The notes beneath the pieces are model-generated. The model ran no database searches, had not been told where the DNA came from, and saw only the letters and a program-made list of their open reading frames with translations. 11,814 nt of DNA from Planctomycetota bacterium. GTDB lineage: Bacteria; Planctomycetota; UBA1135; UBA2386. The stretch lies in the NCBI GenBank assembly GCA_027621295.1, contig JAQCBR010000129.1:1-11814 (forward strand). The letters run 5' to 3'. The translations under genes and the position numbers were made by a program. Positions 7,202 through 11,814 of the stretch are shown piece after piece; the stretch's first letter is position 1; each line of letters starts with the position of its first letter.

Positions 7202-8506
7202 ATGACCCAGGTCTTCGACCGTCCCACGACTCCCGCCCACCGCTACGACCGCGTGGCGATCCTCTTCTCCGGGGGGCCCGCACCGGCCGCGAACGCGGTG
7301 ATCTCGTCGGCGGCCGTGTCCTTCCTGCGCAACGGGACGAGCGTCGTCGGCATCAAGAACGGCTACTCGAAGCTCGTCGAGTTCGGGCCGGATCGCCCGT
7401 TGGTCGAGGGCCGCGACTACCAGCTCCTCGACCACAAGGCGCTGCGGCGGACCCGGAATCGCCCCGGAATCATGGTCGGCACCGCGCGGACCAACCCGGC
7501 CAAGCAGGTCCGGGAGCCAGCCCATCTCGACGACGCCGAGCGGACGGCGCCGCTGCGCACGGTCTACGAGGCGCTGCGCTCGATCGGCGTCGATGCGCTG
7601 ATCTCGATCGGCGGCGACGACACGCTGAAGACCGCGAACATCTTCCGAGCATGGCAGGATCGGCTGCCGAGCACCGAGCGCCGCATCTCCGTCGTCCACG
7701 TCCCGAAGACGATCGACAACGACTACAACGGCATCGACTTCACGTTCGGATACTTCACCGCCGTCGACACGCTGGCCGGACTGATCCGCAACCTGCTGTT
7801 CGACGCGGAGGCGACGCAGGCCTACTTCCTCGTCGAGTCGATGGGGCGCAGCGCTGGCTGGCTGGCCTACGGGGCTGCGATCGCCGGCGAAGCGAGCCTC
7901 GTGATCGGCGTCGAGGACATCCGCGACGACATGCGGACGACCGAGGAGATGGTCGACCCGAACACCGGGGAGACGAGCGTGCGCTCGATCATGAACATCG
8001 AGGCGGTCGTCGAGCACATCGTCGAGGTGATGATCGCGCGTGAGGACGAGGGCAAGGACTACGGGGTGATCGTCCTCGCCGAAGGTCTCGCCGAGCTCCT
8101 GCCTTCGGAGCGCCTCCAGAAGGTCGGCCGCGACGACCACGGTCACATCTCGATCGGGTCGCTGAACCTGTCGCGGATGTTCGAGAAGCTCGTGCCCGAC
8201 GCCTACGCGGAGCGCACCGGGCGTGAGCGCAAGGTGAAGGGCGTCCAGCTCGGCTACGAGGCCCGCTGCGCGGCGCCCCACGCGTTCGACGTCGTGCTCG
8301 GCAGCCAGCTCGGTGTCGGCGCCTACCGTGCGCTGGCGGAGAAGGGGCTCGACCGCGTGATGATCTCGGTCATCGGCCAGCTCGACCTCCAGTACGTCGA
8401 CTTCGCGAAGCTCGTCGACCCGAACACGCTGAAGACCGTCGTCCGGCTGATCGAGCCGGGCAGCGACTTCCACCGGCTGGCCCGGCTGCTCGAGACGTAC
8501 CACTGA
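7202..8506 (+). CDS. pfp: 6-phosphofructokinase, PFK-A family; active-site residues predict pyrophosphate-dependent type (PPi-PFK), 434 aa
   Basis: PFK-A motifs are present: RVAILFSGGPAPAANAVI (GGxxPGxN-like nucleotide loop), ISIGGDDTL and PKTIDNDY. Established knowledge: ATP-PFKs carry GGDGS and PGTIDND, whereas PPi-PFKs carry Asp and Lys at these two positions (E. coli Gly104/Gly124 equivalents). Here both are the PPi-type (GGDD, PKTIDND). Confidence 0.9.
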   Translation: MTQVFDRPTTPAHRYDRVAILFSGGPAPAANAVISSAAVSFLRNGTSVVGIKNGYSKLVEFGPDRPLVEGRDYQLLDHKALRRTRNRPGIMVGTARTNPAKQVREPAHLDDAERTAPLRTVYEALRSIGVDALISIGGDDTLKTANIFRAWQDRLPSTERRISVVHVPKTIDNDYNGIDFTFGYFTAVDTLAGLIRNLLFDAEATQAYFLVESMGRSAGWLAYGAAIAGEASLVIGVEDIRDDMRTTEEMVDPNTGETSVRSIMNIEAVVEHIVEVMIAREDEGKDYGVIVLAEGLAELLPSERLQKVGRDDHGHISIGSLNLSRMFEKLVPDAYAERTGRERKVKGVQLGYEARCAAPHAFDVVLGSQLGVGAYRALAEKGLDRVMISVIGQLDLQYVDFAKLVDPNTLKTVVRLIEPGSDFHRLARLLETYH

Positions 8507-8514
8507 CGGTACGC

Positions 8515-8540
8515 GCGGCGCCTTTGCTCCCGAGCGCCGC
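8515..8540. terminator. GC-rich inverted repeat GCGGCGC-N12-GCGCCGC between convergent pfp and CRTAC1-family genes: possible bidirectional terminator hairpin
   Basis: The 7-bp perfect stem lies in the 40-nt convergent gap 8507..8546. No U-tract follows on either strand, which is common in high-GC genomes but weakens the call. Confidence 0.2.
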
Positions 8541-8546
8541 CGCCGG

Positions 8547-10415
8547 TCACTGGATGGTGATCGTCACCGCGTCCGGGAACACGTTGCGGACGCCCGGGTA
8601 GCCGGCGGGATCGAGCACGATCGCAGTTGCGCGCAGCGTGATTCCGGACAGGAACGGCAGGTTCGGGATCGTCAGCGCCGAAGTCGCGGCGGTTCCGTTC
8701 GCGGGGATCGTGCCGAGCGGCGTCGGCAGCAGCAGGTTGCCGACGCCCAGCGCGTAGACGGTCAGCGAGTCGACCTGGATCGGCAGCGTCAGGCCGTTGG
8801 GGAGCGGCGTGGTCCCGGCCGGCGACGCCGACAGGAACATCAGGTAGGGCAGGCCCGCGTCGTTCGGCGACGCGAGGCGGAGCCCCGCCGTCGTGCCGAC
8901 CTGCGGCACGCCGACGAGGTCGAAGCGCGGCTCGACGATGTCGACGACCTGGTCGACGGCCACGCCCGTCAGGTGCTGCTCGGTGCCGGAAGGCCAGCGG
9001 ACGAGGATCTCGTCGACAGTCGTCGCCGCGCCGAGCCCGAACTGCAGCCGGCGGTCGTTGCCGGTCTTGTAGCCGATGCCGCTCCGGACCCACTGGCGCT
9101 GCACGTGGCTGCTGGTGCGGACCGTCACGCGTGCGCCGAAGCCGTCCCGGTTGCTGACCGTGCCCTCGGTTCGGACCTTCAGCCAGTGGCCGCGCGAGAC
9201 GTTGTTCCGGTAGACCTGGACCGGCTGCGGGTTGCCGAGGAAGCGGTCGAAGTTGAAGCGCTCGACCAGGTCGACGCCGCCGTCCTCGTCGAGGTCGACC
9301 GGGACCGCCGCATACTGGCCGTAGAAGCTCGAGATCCCGAGCGGGAACGAGACGTCCGTCCACGGACCCGGCGCCGACGTGCCCGGGTGCCGGAACAGCT
9401 GGTTGGGCGCCGCGTAGTGGACGACGTGCAGGTCCTGCCAGCCGTCGTTGTCGTAGTCGAACCAGTGCGTCGACCAACCGAGGCTGATGCCCGACAGCCC
9501 GTAGGTGTAGGTGTCGTCGACGTAGACCTGCGCGTTCGGGTCCCACTGCAGGAACAGGTGATCGCTCGGGCTGTCCGTGCAGAAGATGTCGACCCCGCCG
9601 TCGCAGAACACGTCGAGGAAGTCGACGCCCATGCCGTCGATGGCCTGGTTGCAGTTGATCTGCGCGCCAATGTCCGCGAACGTCCCGTCGCCGAGGTTCC
9701 GGAACATCGTGTTGGGCACGCCGTTGTTGCCCTTGTCGTTCGCGATGTAGAGGTCGGGCCAGCCGTCCTCGTCGTAGTCGATGAACGGAGCGACGAGCGT
9801 CAGGCCGAGGTGGTCGACGCCGGCCGCGGTGCCGACCTCGACGAAGCCCGTGCCGCCGAGGTTGCGGAACAGGTAGTTGACCTCGCCGAGGCTCGTCGAC
9901 GCGGTCTGGCGGTTGCCGACGTAGACGTCGGTGAAGCCGTCGCGGTCGTAGTCGCCGAACGACAGGCTGAACACCGACGACGACGAGTTGATGCCGAGTG
10001 CGGGCGCCTGGTCGACGAAGCGGCCGGTCCCGTCGTTCACGTAGAGCTGGAGCGGCGTGCGCCAGTTGCCGACCAGCACGTCCTGGTCGCCGTCGTTGTC
10101 GAAGTCGAACGCGCCGATCGCCGCGGGCGCGCCCGCGATGCCGAGGCCCGACACCGCGGTGTCATCGGTGAATTGGAGGTTCCCCTGGTTGCGGAACAGC
10201 CGGACCGTCAGGCCGCCGGCGTCGGGCATGACCAGGTCGACGTCCCCGTCCCCGTCCACGTCCACGCACGCGAAGCCGGTCCCGTAGGCCGTCGTCGTGT
10301 TCTGCAGGCCCGTGACCCCGGCGCGGGCGGTGAGGTCGGTGAACCCCTGGCCCAGGGCGAGGGACGAGCAGACGGCGCAGGCGGCCGCCGACCGGAGAGC
10401 GCGGATTCGAGACAT
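8547..10415 (-). CDS. Secreted CRTAC1-family protein: signal peptide + multiple FG-GAP/VCBS beta-propeller repeats + C-terminal ASPIC/UnbV domain, 622 aa
   Basis: N-terminal signal peptide MSRIRALRSAAACAVCSSLALGQG. Repeated Ca-binding-like DxDxDGxxD motifs follow (DVDGDGDVD, DFDNDGDQD, DYDRDGFTD, DYDEDGWPD, DYDNDGWQD, DLDEDGGVD) with FRN/LFRN repeats typical of FG-GAP blades. C-terminal GHWLKVRTEGTVSNRDGFGARVTV is the ASPIC/UnbV signature. Confidence 0.85.
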   Translation of the reverse strand: MSRIRALRSAAACAVCSSLALGQGFTDLTARAGVTGLQNTTTAYGTGFACVDVDGDGDVDLVMPDAGGLTVRLFRNQGNLQFTDDTAVSGLGIAGAPAAIGAFDFDNDGDQDVLVGNWRTPLQLYVNDGTGRFVDQAPALGINSSSSVFSLSFGDYDRDGFTDVYVGNRQTASTSLGEVNYLFRNLGGTGFVEVGTAAGVDHLGLTLVAPFIDYDEDGWPDLYIANDKGNNGVPNTMFRNLGDGTFADIGAQINCNQAIDGMGVDFLDVFCDGGVDIFCTDSPSDHLFLQWDPNAQVYVDDTYTYGLSGISLGWSTHWFDYDNDGWQDLHVVHYAAPNQLFRHPGTSAPGPWTDVSFPLGISSFYGQYAAVPVDLDEDGGVDLVERFNFDRFLGNPQPVQVYRNNVSRGHWLKVRTEGTVSNRDGFGARVTVRTSSHVQRQWVRSGIGYKTGNDRRLQFGLGAATTVDEILVRWPSGTEQHLTGVAVDQVVDIVEPRFDLVGVPQVGTTAGLRLASPNDAGLPYLMFLSASPAGTTPLPNGLTLPIQVDSLTVYALGVGNLLLPTPLGTIPANGTAATSALTIPNLPFLSGITLRATAIVLDPAGYPGVRNVFPDAVTITIQ

Positions 10416-10428
10416 GAGGTCGGTCGAA

Positions 10429-10461
10429 TAGACTCGGAGAGTCTACCCCGCAACGCCGGGG
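10429..10461. promoter_or_regulatory. Two adjacent inverted repeats directly upstream of the CRTAC1-family gene start
   Basis: TAGACTC-gga-GAGTCTA (10429..10445; 7-bp perfect arms) and CCCCG-caacgc-CGGGG (10446..10461). The first begins 14 nt from the ATG at 10415. No SD is apparent. Confidence 0.3.
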
Positions 10462-10570
10462 CGGCCGGGCGAGGTCGGCGCGGTCTCTGGGTTCGCGGCC
10501 AGCCATCGGCGGATCCGTGCGCCATCGACGGCGCGGGCCCGGGGACCACAGCGCCGGTGCCATGGGTGGT

Positions 10571-10954
10571 TCAGCCTTCGTCCGCGGACCGGCCGACGCC
10601 CCTCGCCAGCAGGATCCAGCCGGCGATCAAGAGGACCCCGCCGATCGGCGTGACCGCGCCGAGCCAGCGAGGCCCGGTGACCGCGAGGAAGTACAGCGTG
10701 CCCGAGAACACCGCGGTCCCGGCGAGGAACGCCTGGGCGGCCTTCTCCGCACCCCTCTCACCGAGCGAGGCCCGCCACGCGCAGGCGAGCAGGGCGAGCG
10801 CGTGGAAGAACTGGTAGCGGACCGCGATCTCGAACGTGTCGGCGGTGCCGCGCTCGTCGAGAAGGGCCTCGAGCCCGTGCGCGCCGAACGCGCCGAGGGC
10901 GACCGCGAGGCCGGCGACCAACGCGCCGGACTGGAAGATCCGTTCTGGGGTCAT
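10571..10954 (-). CDS. DUF423 (YgdD/TMEM256-like) small inner-membrane protein, 127 aa
   Basis: ALVAGLAVALGAFGAHGLEALL...AVRYQFFHALALLA matches the DUF423 hallmark (GAFGAHGL ... YQ.YHAL.LL). Four predicted TM helices. The ATG at 10954 lies 7 nt after the kinase stop (likely co-transcribed). Confidence 0.8.
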   Translation of the reverse strand: MTPERIFQSGALVAGLAVALGAFGAHGLEALLDERGTADTFEIAVRYQFFHALALLACAWRASLGERGAEKAAQAFLAGTAVFSGTLYFLAVTGPRWLGAVTPIGGVLLIAGWILLARGVGRSADEG

Positions 10955-10961
10955 CGGGGAT

Positions 10962-11814
10962 TCAGGCCTTCGGGTAGGTCGCGTTCAGTGCGGTGACCGC
11001 CTCGTCGTAGCGGCAGCGGACCTCGGCGTAGCGCTCGATGTGTTCGGCCGACGCCGTCACGTCGACGAGTCCGCGATCGAGGTCGAGGGACGCGCGGCAC
11101 GCGTGGAGCGAGAGGTCGGACTCGCCTTTTGCCCGCCGCCACGTCCAGAGCGCCTGGACCGCGGCGCCCATCGCGGCCGCATCCGCATCGACGCCGGCGC
11201 GGACCGGCACGCTGGTGACCGCGGCGACGACTTCACGCCACGTCTGGCTGTGGCTCCCGCCGCCGGTAAGCCTCAGCTCGTCGATCCGGACGTCGAGCGC
11301 GCGGAGCCGGTCGAGCAGACGGCCGAGCGCGAGCGTCGCACCCTCCATCGCCGCGCGCGCGAAGTGGGCCTGCGTCGTCGTGGTCGGGCGGAGTCCGAGG
11401 AAGCCCGCGGTCGCGGTCGGCAGGTCGGGGCTCCGCTCCCCGGTGAAGAACGGCACGCAGAGCACGCCGTCGCTGCCGCAGGGGACCGACGCGGCCGCAC
11501 GTTCGAAGGCGTCGAGGTCCAGCCCGAACAGTCCGCGGACCACCTCGGTCGCGACGGTGGCGTTCATCGTGCAGCCGAGCGGGAGCCAGCCGCCGGCGCT
11601 GCCGCAGAACGGTGCGATCTCGCCCTCGGGGTCGCAGACCGGCGCGTCGGCGTGCGCGAACACGGTCCCCGACGTGCCGAGGCTCAGCACCGCGACGCCG
11701 GTCGCGACCGCGCCGGCACCGAGGGCTGCCGCCATGTTGTCGCCGGCTCCCGCCGCGACGAGGACGTCGTCGCCGAGCCCGAGCTCGGCCGCGAGCTCGG
11801 GGCGGAGCGTGCCG
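10962..11814 (-). CDS. FGGY-family carbohydrate kinase (xylulokinase/glycerol-kinase-like), C-terminal portion; 5' end lies beyond the window end
   Basis: GTSGTVFAHADAP ... FLGLRPTTTTQAHFARAAMEGATLALGRLLDRLRALDVRIDELRLTGGGSHSQTWREVVAAVTSVPV matches the FGGY C-terminal domain (GTS.. ; GGG(A/S)xSxxWxQ(I/V)xAD(V/I)xxxPV). The reading frame stays open to the window edge (…LRPELAAELGLGDDVLVAAGAGDNMAAALGAG…). Confidence 0.85.
   Translation of the reverse strand, partial: GTLRPELAAELGLGDDVLVAAGAGDNMAAALGAGAVATGVAVLSLGTSGTVFAHADAPVCDPEGEIAPFCGSAGGWLPLGCTMNATVATEVVRGLFGLDLDAFERAAASVPCGSDGVLCVPFFTGERSPDLPTATAGFLGLRPTTTTQAHFARAAMEGATLALGRLLDRLRALDVRIDELRLTGGGSHSQTWREVVAAVTSVPVRAGVDADAAAMGAAVQALWTWRRAKGESDLSLHACRASLDLDRGLVDVTASAEHIERYAEVRCRYDEAVTALNATYPKA

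Noticed and set aside
5908-8043. 711-aa + strand ORF spanning paralog genes, the divergent promoter region and part of pfp
   Set aside because: It crosses an obvious intergenic region and two real genes. Its extreme Arg/Gly/Pro composition is typical of spurious GC-rich frames.
6704-8503. 599-aa - strand ORF antisense to pfp
   Set aside because: Antisense to a strongly supported PFK gene, with low-complexity translation.
8547-10415. Periodic DNA-level repetition (gtcgtcgtagtcga... etc.) suggestive of a repeat array
   Set aside because: The periodicity reflects the protein-level FG-GAP/DxDxDG repeats of a single secreted protein. It is not a CRISPR or tandem DNA repeat: units are unequal and lack spacers.
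10481-10500. GGGTTCGCGGCC resembling a tRNA T-loop (GGTTCGANTCC)
   Set aside because: No complementary T-stem, acceptor stem or anticodon arm can be built around it. It lies in a plain GC-rich spacer.
8973-10817. 614-aa + strand ORF antisense to the CRTAC1-family and DUF423 genes
   Set aside because: Spurious: low-complexity Val/Asp/Arg/Ala-rich translation, and the opposite strand encodes clear FG-GAP/ASPIC and DUF423 signatures.

Overview
This is a high-GC (~70%) bacterial chromosomal window with extreme G/C bias at third codon positions, densely coding, mostly on the minus strand. I found no rRNA, tRNA, CRISPR array, IS element or integrase. Several long ORFs lie opposite real genes (for example 2290..3300+, 5908..8043+, 8973..10817+, 6704..8503-, 3922..5040-). 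Their Arg/Gly/Ala/Pro-rich translations are the usual wrong-frame artefact of GC-rich DNA.

The ten genes I can support are:
- 1..74 (+): probable 3' tail of an upstream CDS.
- 141..2156 (+): POT/PTR2-family peptide transporter carrying an unusual ~190-aa hydrophilic insertion.
- 2166..2387 (-): small Arc-type ribbon-helix-helix DNA-binding protein.
- 2404..3306 (-): SPFH/Band-7 membrane protein.
- 3405..5363 (-): DinG/XPD-family 4Fe-4S superfamily-2 helicase.
- 5360..6130 (-) and 6142..7053 (-): two tandem, mutually paralogous and internally duplicated double-pass membrane proteins (TM + small beta-rich domain, twice; reminiscent of DUF3592). The first is translationally coupled to the helicase through a GTGA stop/start overlap.
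- 7202..8506 (+): phosphofructokinase whose specificity residues (GGDD / PKTIDND) indicate a PPi-dependent enzyme.
- 8547..10415 (-): secreted FG-GAP-repeat / ASPIC-UnbV (CRTAC1-family) protein.
- 10571..10954 (-): DUF423 membrane protein.
- 10962..11814 (-): C-terminal part of an FGGY sugar kinase (5' end outside the window).

The most interesting structure is the minus-strand cluster 7053->2166. It runs two paralogous membrane proteins -> DinG-like helicase -> AT-rich palindromic spacer -> SPFH protein -> Arc-like repressor. I do not recognise this as any described system. It is a candidate novel membrane-associated helicase module, possibly defence- or stress-related.
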